Assembly (NCBI GenBank): GCA_030390025.1
Contig: CM059431.1
Coordinates: 150,910,001 to 150,974,000 of the forward strand
From: Squalus acanthias
Taxonomy: Eukaryota
Direction of reading: 5' to 3'
Length of the DNA: 64,000 nucleotides
The position numbers were made by a program, and so were the translations under genes. Of the stretch, positions 23,881-37,289 are shown one piece after another. The first letter of the stretch is position 1, and each line of letters starts with the position of its first letter. The notes beneath the pieces are model-generated. The model searched no databases. It worked only from the letters and a program-made list of their open reading frames with translations, and was not told where the DNA came from.

Positions 23881-26800
23881 TAAGAACATAAGAACATAAG
23901 AAATAGGAGCAGGAGTAGGCCAATTGGCCTCTCGAGCCTGCTCCGCCATTCAATAAGATCATGGCTAATCTGATCCTAACCGCCAATCTACTATCACAGA
24001 ACCATCTCCTGAACCTAACAGAATTGGACACACGAAATAGGAGCAGGATCCGGCTACACGGCCCCTGGGCCCGCTACGCTACCCACAGGGCCATGACCGA
24101 TCCGAACCTAGACTCATGTCCAAATTCCTGCCCGCTCGCCGTAACCCTTAATTCCCTTTACTTCTAGGAATCTGTCTATTACTGTTTTAAATTTATGTAA
24201 TGATGTAGCTTCTACAGCTTTTTGGGGCAGCATATTCCATGGACCTACCAACCGCTTAGTGAAGTAGTTCCTTCTCATCTCAGTTTTGAAAGAGCAGCCC
24301 CTTATTCTAAGACTATGCCCCCTAGTTCTAGTTTCACCCATCATCGGGAACATCCTCCCCGCATCCACCCGATCCAACCCCTTCACAATGTTATATGTTT
24401 CAATAAGATCGCCTCTCATTCTTCTGAACTCCAATGAGTAGAGTCCCAATCTACCCAACCTCTCCTCATATGTTCGTCTCCTCTTCCCCGGGATTGACCG
24501 AGTGAACGTTCTTTGTACTGACTCGAGAGCAAGTATGTATTTTCTTAAGTATGGACACCAAAACTGTATGCAGTATTCCAGGTGCGGTCTCACCAATACC
24601 TTGTACAACTGAAGCAATACATCCCAATTTTTATATTCTATCCCCTTAGCAATGAAAGCCAACATTCCATTTTCCTTCTTAATCACTTGCTGCACCTGCA
24701 TACTAACCTTTTGAGTTTCGTGCACCAGGACCCCCAGATCCATTTGTACTTCAGTACTTTCCAGTTTCTTGCCATTTAGATAATAACTTGCTCTACTATT
24801 TTTCCTGCCAAAGTGCATAACCTCACACTTTTCAGTATTGTATTCCATCTTCCAAATCTCTGACCACTTACTTAGCCTGTCTATGTCCCCTTGCAGATTT
24901 TTTATGTCCTCCTCACTCACTACTTTCCCTCCCATCTTAGCATCATCTGAAAACTTTGATATGTTACACTCGGTCCCCTCCTCCAAAACGTTAATAAAGA
25001 TTGTAAAGAGTTGGGGACCCAGCACTGACCCCAGCGGAACACCACTAGTTACTGATTGCCAGTCTGAGAATGAACCATCTATCCCAACTCTCTGCCTTCT
25101 GTTAGCTAGCCAATCCTCTATCCATGCCAGAATATTACCCCCAATCCCGTGATTTTTATCTTAAGCAATAATCTTTTGTGTGGCACCTTGTCAAATGCCT
25201 TTTGGAAGTCTAAATGCACCACTTCCACTGGTTCCCCTTTATCCACCCTTTCTGTTACTTCCACAAAGAACTCCAGCAAATTTGTCAAACATGACTTCCC
25301 CCTCATAAAACCATGCTGACTTTGTCCTATTAAATTATGATTATCCAAATGTCCCGTTACTGTCGCCTTAATAATGGACTCCAAAATTTTACCTACCACA
25401 GATTTTAGGCTATAGTTTCCAGCCTTCCGTCTACTGCCCTTTTTAAATAAGGGTGTTACATTAGCAGTTTTCCAGTCTGCTGGGATCTTTGCTGAGTCCA
25501 GGGAGTTTTGGAAAATTATTACCAATGCATCCACAGTCCCCACCGCCACTTGCCTCAAGACGCTAGGATGTTAGCCATCAGGTCCAGGTGATTTATCCAC
25601 CTTGAGTTCCATTATTTTACCGAGTACCACTTCCTTAGTGATTTTGATCGTGTTTAGCTCCTCCCCCCCCTATAGCCCCCTGTTTGTCCAGTGTTGGGAT
25701 ATTCTTAGTGTCCTCTACTGTAAAGATTGATACAAAATATTCATTCAGTGTATTTGCCATCTCCATATATCCCACCATTAATTTCCCGGTCGCATCCTCT
25801 AAGGGACCAACATTTGCTTTAGCCACCCTTTTTCATTTTATATAACTATAAAAACTCTTACGATCTGTTTTTATATTTTTTGCTAATTTACTTTCATAAT
25901 CTATCTTCCCTTACTTAATCTATCATTTTGTTATTTTTTGCTGTCTTTTAAATTTTCCAAATCCTCTATCCTCCCACTACATTTGGCTACCTTATAAATC
26001 CTTGTTTTTAGTTAAATACTATCCTTAATTTCTTTACTTAGCCACCGATGACTGTCTTTTCTTTTACACCCTTTTCTTCTCAGTGGAATATATATTTTTT
26101 GGAAGTTGTAAAATAACTCCTTAAATGTACACCACTGATCATGTGTCGTCTTACCCTTTAATCTATTTTCCCAATGCACTCTCCTAAATTCCGCTCGCAT
26201 ATCTTCATAGTCTCCTTTATTCAAGCTTAGCACCCTTGTTTGAGATAAAACCTTCTCACCCTCTAATTGAATATGGAATTCAACCATGTTATGGTCACTC
26301 ATTCCAAGGGTATCCTTTACTAGGACATTTTTAATTAATCCTGTCTCGTTACACAGGAGCAGATCTAAGGTTGCATGCCCAACTGATCAGTTCAGTTACA
26401 CAGTGCTCAAGAAACCGGTCCCTAACACACTCAATGAACTCATCCTCAAGGCAGCCCTGCCCAATTTGATTTGTCCAATTAATATGATAGTTAAAATCCC
26501 CATAATTATAGATGTTCCCTTATTACAAGCCTCAACTATTTCCTGATTGATACTCCGTCCAACAGAGTTGCAACTATTTGGAGGCCTATAGACTATGCCC
26601 ACTAGTGTTTTTTCCCCTTATTATTCCTTATCTCCACCCAAACTGTTTCATTATCTTGATCTTTTGACCCAATATCATTTCTCTGTATTACAGTGATTCC
26701 TTCCTTTATTAACTTGGCCACCCACCTCCCCTTCCTTCCTGCCTGTCCTTCCTGATCGTTAAATAACCTGGTATGTTTAATTCCCAGGCATTGTCACCCT

Positions 26801-27425
26801 GCAGCCATGTTTCTGTAATGGCCACAAGATCATACCCATATGTAGTTATTTGTGCCATTTACTCGTCTATTTTGTTACGAATGCTACGTGCATTCAGATA
26901 GAGAACTTTCAAATATGTTTTGTGATCACTTAGTTCCTGCTTTTGCCCTTTTTATTACTTTTCCGTTTACTCCATACCTTCTGCCCCTGCGTGACACACT
27001 CTGGTTTTTAATTTCCCCACTGCTACCTAAGTCTATGACCTTCTCTGTTGTCATTTTTATTATTTGCACTCTAGGAACCTGCCCCTCACTAGTTAGTGTA
27101 AAGCCCTCTCTACAGCCCTAGTTATATGATCCGCCAGGACTCTAGTCCCAGCACTGGCCAAGTGAAGCCCATCCCAACGGAACAGCTCTCTCCTGCCCCA
27201 GTACTGGTGCCAGTGTCCCAGGAAGCAAAACCAATTTCTAACACACCAGTCTTTGAGCCACTCATTTAACTCTCTAATTTTATTTGTCCTAGCCAAATTC
27301 GCTCGTGGCTCAGGTAATAATCCAGAGATTATTACCCTTGAGGTTCTGTTTTTTAATTTGACCCCTAGCTGCTCATAATCCTTTTACAGAACCGGCTTCC
27401 TTGTCCTATCTACGTTGTTTGTACC
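23881..27425 (-). mobile_element. CR1 LINE, relatively young copy: ORF1 esterase C-terminus, disrupted ORF2 (APE endonuclease and RT), 3' UTR, (TTCTTATG)n tail
   Basis: ORFs 27093-27296 (DGLHL), 26396-26602 (VYRPPNS), 25118-25558 (DFQKAFDKVPH) and 24114-25025 (LGPQLF..FSDDAK). Tail appears as AAGAACAT repeats at 23881-23900. Confidence 0.95.
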
Positions 27426-27760
27426 AAAATCTGTGTTGTCTAGAAGAGATTGAGCTCTACGTGTTGAGCACAATGGCTCCTCCACTGCTACGTCAGAGCT
27501 CCACAAACTTTTGCACCTGTTCTACTACCACTATAAAATACAGAATGTATACAGCAAGTACTTGCAGATGTTATTCATCCTGTACCGTGCAGCATAGTTT
27601 TTCCCGTAAGATGCAGACGGCGGTAATACTTTACCTCCTCTCCCAGAGCTCGCTCGCAATTGTGTTCATGATGCAGGAAGTTTCTTCTATACGATGTCTA
27701 TGAACCCCTAGTGTTCAAAATAAAAAGCTGAACGTTGAGGCGCTGGTGACTCGCCAAAAA

Positions 27761-28425
27761 TGTTGGTTAAAAGACATATATTGCCTTTTTGCATGAGTGG
27801 TAATGAATTTAGTCGTTGCTTCAGGTTCAATCCCTTTATTTCTTCAGTCAGCATGCAAAGCACGTTAGAAGCAAAGTGGATTATACAGATACGAATACAG
27901 GAATGTAGAAATGCATTTACAAGCAAAAAAATGTGCTTTTTATTTGATTTTTGTTCCCCTAGTAAAAGTGAATCTGCTTCTTCTCCCTTGATTGGATTCC
28001 TTGTGTCACCTGACTTAACATGACTCTCCCTTCAGTAACTTTCCTTTGTCACCAGACTGATTCAAGGCCTAGGTTATCCTGCAGGTAGCATTCCCTTATC
28101 TCATCTGTCCGAATTCTTTCATCTGTCTGCTTTCTGTGTGAAAAGCAGCTGCATTTTAAGAACACAGTTTCTTTCAAAAGTTTACAGCCGAAAGGCTTTC
28201 TTCTGGTAGGCTTCCAGGATCCATGTACAATGCTTTATTTCAATTAATTACTACACGCACAGTCTCTCGCAATAATGTTTCATATTCTCTATGCTAAACT
28301 AGTTTAAATTCCCACCTATTTTTTCTGCCAAGCTATTTTTTAACATCTCAGTTACCTGATGCTTTTATTGTATCTGCTCAGCTAACTGTTAGTTTCGCAT
28401 CAAGCTCTCTGCCTCTTCCTTCTCC
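27761..28425 (-). mobile_element. LTR remnant (ERV or LTR retrotransposon) followed by a primer-binding-site (PBS)-like sequence
   Basis: Minus strand has CCAAT, AATAAA about 75 nt before the terminal ...CCAACA, then TTTT-TGGCGAGTCACC (27756 downwards). Confidence 0.5.
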
Positions 28426-28429
28426 GTGT

Positions 28430-28945
28430 TTCAAGAAGGAGCGCAGCGAAGGTTTACCAGACTGATTCCTGGGATTGCAGGACTGTCGTATGAGGAGAGA
28501 TTGGGTCGACTAGGCCTGTATTCACGAGAGTTTAGAAGAATGAGAGGGGATCTCATTGAAATGTATAAAGTTCTGTCAGGGCTAGAGAGACTGGATGCAG
28601 GGAGGATGTTTCCCCTGGCTGGGGGGTCTAGAACGAGGGGTCACAGACTCAGGATACGGGGTAGAACATTTAGAACTGAGATGAGGAGAAATTTCTTCAC
28701 TCAGAGGGTGGTGAACCTATGGAATTCTCGACCACAGAAGGCTGTGGAGGCCAAGTCACTGAATATATTTACGAAGGATATAGATAGATTTCTAGACACA
28801 AAAGGCATCAAGGGGTCTGGGGAGAGGGCGGGAATATGGTATTGAGTTAGAGGATCAGCTATGATCATATTGAATGACGGAGCAGCTGGAAGGGCAGAAT
28901 GGCCTACTGCTGCTCCTATTTTTCTATGTTTCTATGTTTCTATGT
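28430..28945 (+). mobile_element. CR1 LINE 3' end
   Basis: ORF 28426-28845 is an ORF2 C-terminus. (TTTCTATG)n tail. Confidence 0.9.
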
Positions 28946-29502
28946 CCCGTGTACGAACACAGCTCCCCTACTCTTCTTGCAATATTACAATTGGGTTCGA
29001 TACAACTTTTCCTCTGAGTGTCAGTATGGAATGTGTGTTCGGTCTCTGGAGCGAGCTTCAACCCGAGACATTATGACTCAGAGGGGATAGAGTTCCACCA
29101 CAGGGTTCACCTGAAAGACCCAACATGTTCGTTTCCCATCGATCTGCACATCCAACCTCAGCCCGCACTCATTCCAACAGTCCCACAAGAAGCCAAATAT
29201 CTTTTTCTTCTGCTCTTTTTATATTGCCTCTTTGAACCCAAATGATGGAATCATAAAATGACACAGCACAGAAGGGACCATGCGGCACATCATGCCTCAA
29301 CTGGCTCTTTGAAAGAACTAACCAAGTCGTCCAAATCTCCTGCTCTTTCTCCATAGCCCGATTTTCCCCCTTCAATTATTTATCCAATTCCCTTTCGAAA
29401 GTTACTGTTAACTCTGTTCAAAACAAACGTATTTGCCGCACTGCGAGCGTGTGAATATTGGGATTTTGCAGGTTTTTGTATTTAGATGTTATTGTACATA
29501 AT

Positions 29503-30139
29503 GGCCCGTAATTTCCGATTGGAGGCATCCTGCGTGCGGGAAAAAAAACATCTGAGCCCTTACCTGAGGTCTCCCGAGGTCCGGACTCTTCCGCTCCTGG
29601 GCCTCTCCTGGTGTGCGCGCAAAGGCCCAGGTATCCCAGGGGCGCAGGCGGTTCGCAAGCATCCCTGGGATCACGTGGGCCAGGCGAGCCAATGGGAGAA
29701 TGGGAGAAGGGAATCCGCTTCATACATTTGATAGATAGACCTGTCAAAAGTATGAATGGGGATTACTGAAAAAGATACAACATTAAATACATTTTTAAAA
29801 ATCACGGTTTTTAAATGCGTCAAAATTACATTAAATTAAATATGTTAAACAAAAATGTATTTACGGGGCTAAAAATAAACTTAGCATTTTTAAACGAATT
29901 TTTACATTATAAATTATTGGAATTTTTTTTTAACTTTTTTAATCCTTATGCTTTTACCAGGTGTAATATTTTTAAGGCATTTCAGCGGGCGGAGATTCTG
30001 CAGAAAGCGGAACACTCCACCCGCAAAAGCCGTTCTTCAGTGCAAGCGTGCGATCTGTCAAGAGAATTATTGACAGATCGGAAGCGCCGGTTTTCAGCAC
30101 ACAGCTCGTACACACCCGTAGGCAACGGAAATTACGGCC
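29503..30139. mobile_element. Non-autonomous DNA transposon (MITE), PIF/Harbinger-like
   Basis: Terminal inverted repeats (TIRs) GGCCCGTAATTTCCG and CGGAAATTACGGCC. 3-bp TSD AAT at 29500-29502 and 30140-30142. Confidence 0.75.
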
Positions 30140-30214
30140 AATGTATTCTTCCTTGTTATCTATGTTTATGGGTGCTAATACGGACTGGCGAGCGAATTTT
30201 ATTCCTTGTGATGT

Positions 30215-30600
30215 GCATTAAGTATATGTACTCGAATTGGAGGGAAGTGAATCGTGGTGTCCCACCAGGAACTGTGCAGGTGCCTCAACTATTCACTATA
30301 TGTATTTATGATTTCGATAACACAATGGAGAGCCACAAATGCAAGTCCGCCGATGAATCACAGATTGGTGGCATAGTAAGTAGTGTAGCCGAGTGCATAC
30401 AATTACAAAGAGACATTACTAGATTAAGGCCGAGAAATTCGTCTAGGGCGGTGGCAAAAAACGTGCAGTATGGGATTCAGTTCCATCGACTGTAATAGAA
30501 CTGAATATCAGGCGCTGCGTATAACGGGCTGCCGATCCGATGCCGCCCGTTTTCACCACCGCCCGAGATGAATTGCTAGCCCTAAATGAATGGGCAAAAG
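30215..30600 (+). mobile_element. CR1 RT fragment interrupted by a MITE
   Basis: Reads WREVNRGVPPGTV..QLFTICIYDFD..SADESQIGG..LQRDITRL and resumes as NEWAK after the MITE. Confidence 0.7.
30428..30582. mobile_element. 155-bp PIF/Harbinger-type (Tourist-like) MITE
   Basis: Imperfect TIRs GGCCGAGAAATTCGTCTAGGGCGGTGG and CCACCGCCCGAGATGAATTGCTAGCCC. TSD TAA at 30425-30427 and 30583-30585. Confidence 0.78.
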
Positions 30601-30864
30601 AAAGGACTGGGAGGTTTCATGATTAGATGTCACAGCAACGGCCAAAATACTGGGGTGTTTCCAGTAACACGTTGAATACAAAGTGCAACACTCGGCCGAG
30701 TTCGATCTTACTGCAAACTTAGATTTAAACATCGCTCTGTGATGCTGTAAGCAAGCTAAATCCAGCTAAAGCTGCTGATACACTTAAGTTACGGTTATGC
30801 CTCAAATGATAGGACAATGGCTGGGGCACAAATCATGTCAACATTCAAGATTAAAAGAAATAAA

Positions 30865-31290
30865 TAATTTGGCCTTATATTGCACGTTGCAGGAACTCAG
30901 GACGTCCCAAAGCGCCTTACAGCCAATGAACTATTTGGAAGTTGTTGTAATGTAGGAAAATCGCAGCCAATATGAGCAGGACAATATCCCACAAACAATA
31001 ATGAGACGATGACCAGACAATCTGTTTTAATGAATGTTGGTAAAGGGATAAATATTGGCTGGGACACCTGCAGACCTCCCCAGCACTTCTTCCGGGAGCA
31101 CCATGGGATCTTTTACGTCGCTCAGAGAAGACAGACGGTGTCTCAATTTAAAGTCTCATCCCAAAGACAGCACTTACGGCATTTCAGCACTCCCTCTGTA
31201 CTGCACTGGAGTGTCGGCTTAGATCTTGTGTTCAGGTCTCTTGAACCCATGACCATCTGGTTCAGATGCATGAGTGCTTCCACTGAGCAA
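30865..31290 (-). mobile_element. tRNA-derived SINE, DeuSINE/SacSINE1-like
   Basis: Minus strand begins GCTCAGTGGAAGCACTC...GGTTCAAG (A/B boxes) and has a CACTCCAGTGCAGTACAGAGGGAGTGCTG body. Related pieces at 29030-29105, 32260-32525 and 50640-50780. Confidence 0.7.
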
Positions 31291-31679
31291 CATTCGACAC
31301 CTAAATTATATATGATAGGCAGATGAAGGAAAAAAGGATTGAAGGGATATGGCACCAGGGGGGTAGCTATGATTAGATGTATTTGCGGGACGGAAGGTGA
31401 CCACGGACATGGACTTTTTGGGCGCAGTCGCCTGTTTCCGTGTTCAAACTTCAATACTTCAATGTATTTCTCTGTACGATTAAGTACTTACTGTGACTCT
31501 GAAAATGTAACCTTTCTTATAGAACTAAAAAGGTAATTGCATCTTATAGCGTTTTACTTCCTCGGGGCGCAAAATGTGTTTCACAGCCTATCATTTGTGT
31601 TTCAAGAGCGGCTACTCTTGTAAGGAAGAAATATACAGCAACCAATGAGGCACACAGCAAGGCACCAAAATCAAATTAC

Positions 31680-32250
31680 ATATTACATAGGATCACATAG
31701 GATATACAGCATAGAAACAGGCCATTCGGCCCAACCAGTCCATGTCAGCGTTTATGCTCCACTCGAGTCTCTTCCCGTCTTTCCTCATCTAACTCTATCA
31801 GCATAACCCTCTACTCCCTTCTCCCTCATATGCTTATCTAGCGTCCCCTTAAACACATCTATACTATTTCCCTCAACCACTCCCTGTGGTAGCGAGTTCC
31901 ACATTCTCACCACTCTCTGGGTAAAAAAGTTCTTTCTGATTTCCCTATTTGAATTCTTGGTGACTATCTTATATGGATAATGTCTAGTTTTGCTCTTCCC
32001 AACAAGTGGAAACACTCTCTCTGTATCTACTCTATCAAAACTTTTCATCATTTTAAAGACCTTTAATAGTTCACCCCTCAGCCCTCTCTTTTCAAGAGAA
32101 AAAAGACCCAGCCTGTTCATCCTTTTCTGATAGGTATACACTCGCATTTCTGGTATCATCCTTGTGAATCTATTTTGCACCCTCTCCTGTGCCTCTATGT
32201 CCTTTTTATAATACGGCGAGCAGAATTCTATGCAGTACTCCAAGTATTCC
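31680..32250 (-). mobile_element. CR1 LINE 3' end
   Basis: ORF 31785-32327 (LEYCIEFCSPYYKKDI..NFFTQRVVRMWNSLP). Confidence 0.9.
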
Positions 32251-32259
32251 GCAACATTA

Positions 32260-32525
32260 CAGGGTATTTGACGTTCGATATTCAAATGACCCAGTATTTC
32301 GAAGTAGAGCAGGAGAGTCCTGGTCAATATTTACCCCTCAACCGACATCATTAAAACAGATAATCTGGTCATTATGACATTTACTGTTTGTAGGTCCTTG
32401 CTCTGTGCAAATTGACTGCGGCGTTTCCCACATTACAACAGTGATTAGACATCAAAAATCGTGTACAGCGCTTTGGGGCGTCCTGATGTCGTGAAATGTG
32501 CTATATAAACGCAAGTCTATCTTTC
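32260..32525 (+). mobile_element. DeuSINE-like SINE, 3' half
   Basis: Reverse-complement similarity to 30865-31120. Ends GCTATATAAACGCAAGTCTATCTTTCT. Confidence 0.65.
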
Positions 32526-34109
32526 TATATATTCTTTACTTTACTTAATGCTTCGAAAGTTACCTGATTAGAATTTTGCTGTGCAGGTCTCTTAACATCC
32601 TTCATTTAAACATTACAGAAGCTTAACCTGGAAAGCCTAAACTATATCAGGCTCATTGATTCATCTAAAAACAATAGGACTACCTTACGATGCTTCTGTG
32701 TACGTACACGTTATTTAGCAGGTTTTTCCTTCCTTGCCTTTACAGGACGGGGAATTCTCAAAGGGACACAAACTGCTGTAAAATTAAGACAACGCTGTCT
32801 CCCCGGAACTTCCGAACTCTCTCGCTGGAGATTGGAGAGCAGAATTCCTGTTGTGCGTCAACTTGGAGTTACTAGTCTTTCGCATTATATACTGAAGGCA
32901 ATATAATGTGGCTATCTCTCGCTGGACTCATGTAGTGATAATGTTTACTGGTCTTGTTAAACGTTATCTTCCTATTGAGAGCTGAATTAAAATGTACGTT
33001 GGTGACAGTTGGTAAACCGGATACTTTCCGCTGTAGAGGGGTCTGGGTCATTCAGTGGGATTGCTCTCTCATTAACGAGTGAAATTTGTGCACATCACGC
33101 CTAGAATGATGGAGCGTAGGGGCTTCTCTCTGTTGGCTGGAGTGGTCCTCACTGAGATAAGTTTGCACATTTCCCACCCAGCCTTTTAGAGGACTGAGTG
33201 CACAAGGTAACTGCAGCAAATCAGGCAAAAATTCGCACTGAATCAGCAGAACCGGTTCGAACATCGACAGAAGATCCAACACGGAAACTGGTCATTTCAC
33301 ACTAATGCAACAGAGTGGTTCTGATCATTGATTTGATTTGATTTGATACTTGATTTGTTTTGACATCCTTATATTGCTATGCGACTCTCCACTGATCTCC
33401 ATCTTGTTTTTGGTGCATATTACTGGAACAAATTCTTGCAGTTAATGTTACAATCTGCAGATGTGCTTTTTTTGAGATTCATCTTTGTCCGTCTGTCCAA
33501 CGCGTATCTGACAGTTTCCGTATTTACCGTGTGTCTCCCTCACTATCCTTCTCTGTAAAGGTACTTACTCTTTTCACTTCTGATTGCTTCGTGAATCTGT
33601 TTAGAGCTGCGAGACTTACAGTGCATTTAGTGACACTAAGTATATATACACTCCACATGTTCTGCAGGGTGAATTTGCATGTACTCCATTTCTTTCAAAA
33701 TTGAGCTTTAATTACACAATCTCCTACAAATACATTTACCATTCAATCTAGTTTCCTTTAAGTTGATTTAGTTTTAAGTTGTACCCCATGGTATTCGACG
33801 GGGAATTTCAGTCGAACTTCATCAACCTGTGATCGCTATAGTCCAGATACGGTATCTCCCATTCTCCTCGCCATTTCGCGGCGCCACTCATCTTCACCAA
33901 ACTGAATTAATGGTCCCTCTGCTCTTGCTGCCACACGCAAAAGGGTCTTAGAGGAAACGTGCATTAAAAGTTAACCTGTTTTAATTCTTCCCAATTTATA
34001 ATAAGTTCATTAATGTCTTCACTGAAGTAATGTTCTTATTTTCCTTCTGGACCCTCAACAGAGTAAACTGTCTGACTTCATATCTGAGTAACTTCGTTGA
34101 ACCTCTGCG

Positions 34110-34490
34110 TTTTCTTCATTCTTGGGGTCTGGGCGTCGTTGGCAAGGCCGGCTTTATTGTCCATCCCAAGTGGTAACTGAATGGCTTCTCAGGCCAAATT
34201 ATCGGGCAGTTCACATTCAATCAAATTGCTGTGGGACTGGAGTCACATATAGACAAGAGTAGGCAAGGACGGAAGGTTCCTTTCCTGTAGGTTTTCAGTA
34301 AACCGCTTGAGTTCTGCGACAGTCTGACAGTTTCATGTTCACTTTTACTAAAAAGCAGCGTCTTATTTCCAGAATATTTAAAAGTAAATTCAAATTATCA
34401 AACTGGATTTGAACTCAGACTCTCCAGATTATTGGTGTACGCCTCCAGGATTGTTATTCTTGTAACACACCCCTTATATTACGCTACAAT
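34110..34490 (-). mobile_element. tRNA-headed SINE related to the 8450-8760 head and to the 42840-43340 LINE tail
   Basis: Shares GGAA..CTT/CCGTCCTT..CTATATGTGAC with 8695-8715, and GATGG.CAATAAA..GGCCTTGCCA.CGACGCC with the LINE 3' ends. Confidence 0.62.
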
Positions 34491-34559
34491 ATCCGGTTTC
34501 ATAGGAAAACAGGAACATTAAGAACAGGGATACATATTTGATAGAACACTACACCTGTG

Positions 34560-35640
34560 CATACCTGTATGGGGCAAGAAGCATAGAAGATAGTAGCAGG
34601 AGTAGGCCATTCGGACCCTCGAGCCTGCTCCGCCATTTAGTGAGATCATGGCTGATTATTCAAATTCAGTACCCTGTCCCTGCTTTCTCCCCATATCCCT
34701 TGATCCCTTTACCCTTAAGAAATCTATCTATCTCCTTCTTGAATATATTTTTAGATTTGGCCTCAACTGCTTTCTCTGGTACAGAATTCCACAGGTTCAC
34801 CACTCTCTGGGTGAAGAAATTCCTCCTCATCTAAGTCCTAAATAGATTACGCCTTATCCTTAGATTGTGACCTCTGGTTCCGGACTCCCCCGCCATCGGG
34901 AACATCCATCCTGCATCTAGTCTGTCTAGTCCTGTTAGAATTTTATAAGTTTCAATGAGATCCCCTCTCATTCTTCGAAACTCCAGCGAAAATAAGTCTA
35001 ATCGACCCAATTTCTCTTCATACGTCATTCCTGCCATCCCAGGTATCAGTCTAGGTAAATCTTCGCTGCACTCCCTCCATGGCAAGAACATCCTTCCTCA
35101 GATAAGGCGAGAAAACTCTACACAATACTCAAGATGTGGTCTCACCAAGGCCTTGTACAACTGCAGCAAGACATCCTTTACTCCTGTACTGGAATCCTCT
35201 CCCTATGAAGGCTAACATACTATTTGCCTTCTTAACCGTCTGCTGCACCTGCTTGCTTACCTTCAGCGACTGGTGCACAAGGACTCCCAGATCACGTTGC
35301 ACTTCCCCTTTTCCCAATCTATTGCCGTTCAGATATTAATCTGTCTTCCTGTTTTTGCCACCAAAGTGGATAACCTCGCATTTATCCACATTATACAGCA
35401 TCTGCCATGCATCTGCCCAATCACCCAACCTGTCCAAATCATACTGGTGTTTCTCTGCATCCTCCTCACAGCACACACGCCCACCCAGCTTTTTGTCGTC
35501 TGCAAACTTAGAGATATTACATCTAGTTCCCTCGTCTAGATCATTAATATATATTGTGAATAGCTGGGGTCCTAGCACCGATCCCTGCGGTACTCCACTA
35601 GTCACTGCCTGCCAATCGGAAAAAGACCCGTTTATTCAAT
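34560..35640 (-). mobile_element. CR1 LINE RT plus 3' end (same subfamily as 46755-48975)
   Basis: ORF 35336-35605 TSGVPQGSVLGPQLFTIYINDLDEGTRCNISKFADD. Confidence 0.92.
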
Positions 35641-37255
35641 AAGATCATGGCCGATTTTCGTCCTCTACTCCACTTTCCTGCCCGATCCCCATCTCCTCTG
35701 ATTCCCTTAGTTACCAAAAATCTATCGATCTCATCCTTGATTATAATCAATGACTAAGCATCCACAGCCCTCTGGAGTACAGAATTCAAAATATTCACAA
35801 CCCACTGAGAGAAGAAATGTCTCCTAATCTCATTCCTAAGTGCTTGAAACGTTATCCTTAGCATATGACCCCTAGCTGTAGACCCTGCAGCCAGGAGAAG
35901 CAGCTTCTCAGCATCTACCCTCTCAATCTCTCAAAGAATTTTATACATTTCAATGAGATCACCTTAGATTCATCTAAACTCCACAGAATATAGGCCCATT
36001 CTACTCAATCTCTCCTCATTGGACAGCCCTCTCATCCCAGGAATCAATCTAGTGAACCTTCGTTGCCCCCTCTCTAAGGAAAGTATATCCTTCCTTAGGT
36101 AAGGTGACCATAACTGTACACAGCACTACATGTGTGTTCTCACCAAAATCCTATCTAATTGCAGCAAAACTTGCTTACTCTTATACACCAACCGTCTTGC
36201 AATAAAGGCTAACATACCATTTGTCTTCCTAATTGCTTGCTGCACCTGTGTGTTCACTCTCTGTGATTCATTTACATAAACACCCAAATCTCTCTGAATA
36301 CCAACATTTACTGTCCTCTCACCTTTAAAAAAGAATGCTTTTCGATTCTTCCTACCCAAGTGGATAATTTTCATATTTCCCTCATTATACTCCATACACC
36401 ACCTTCCAGCCCAATCATGTAACTGGTCTATGTCCCTTTGCAGGCTCTTTGTGCCCTCGTCAGAGCTTACTTTCCCACCTATCTTTCTATCGTCAGCAAA
36501 CCTGGATATATTACACTCGGTCCCCTCATTTAAGTCATTGACATAGATTTAAATAGCTGAGGCCAAGCACTGATCCTTGCGGCATTCCACTATTTACATC
36601 TTGCCATTCCAAAAATGACCCGTTTATTCTTACTCTCTGTTCAATGTCCGTTAACCAATCCTCAATCCAAGGCAATAGCGAACCTCCAATCCCATGGGCC
36701 CTAATCTTGTGTAACAGCTCTTGTTTGGTATCTTATCGAATGCCTTCTGAAAATCCAAATATACTAAATTCACTGTTTCTCCCTTATCTACTCTATCAGT
36801 TACATCCTGAAAATACTCCAATAGATTTGTCAAACACAATGTCCTTGTCATCAAACCGTGTTGACTCTGCCTAAACATTTTATGATTTTTTTTAGGTTCC
36901 CTGTTACTATTTCCCGAATAATAGATTCTAGCATTCTCCCTACTTCTGATGTTCGGCGAACTGGTTTTTAGATCCCTGTTTTCGCCGTCCCTCCTTTCTT
37001 GAACAGCGGGGTTACATTTGCTGCCTTCCAATCCACGGGGATTGTTGTAGTATGTCTGGAATTCTGGAAGGTCCAAACCATTGCATCCACTACCTCTGCA
37101 GCACCTCTAAGGAAACCCTAGTTTGTATGCCATCAGGTCCAGGGTATTTTTCGGCTTTTAGTCCCATTCATTTCTCCAGTAATTTTTATTTACTTACATT
37201 AACCACTTTAAGTTCCTCACTCTGGTTTGTCTTGCCCCTTCCACAACTATTATGA
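35641..37255 (-). mobile_element. Older CR1 LINE RT region plus 3' UTR
   Basis: ORFs 36651-37076 (SQHGL..LDFQKAFDKIP) and 36126-36395. Confidence 0.88.
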
Positions 37256-37289
37256 GAGAATATCCTGCATGATTTGTAAAAGTTAAGTA

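Noticed and set aside
24114..25025. RT, endonuclease and esterase ORFs as host genes or an active retroelement
   Set aside because: All are fragments of frameshifted CR1 copies. The SGNH esterase in ORF1 (41460-41993) is a known CR1 feature, and no copy has an intact ORF2.
29815..30495. 226-aa ORF
   Set aside because: A chance read-through across a MITE, spacer, CR1 RT fragment and a second MITE.
32530..34100. Possible host exon or further element
   Set aside because: No recognisable protein motif or convincing exon. Probably very old repeat debris, so left uncalled.
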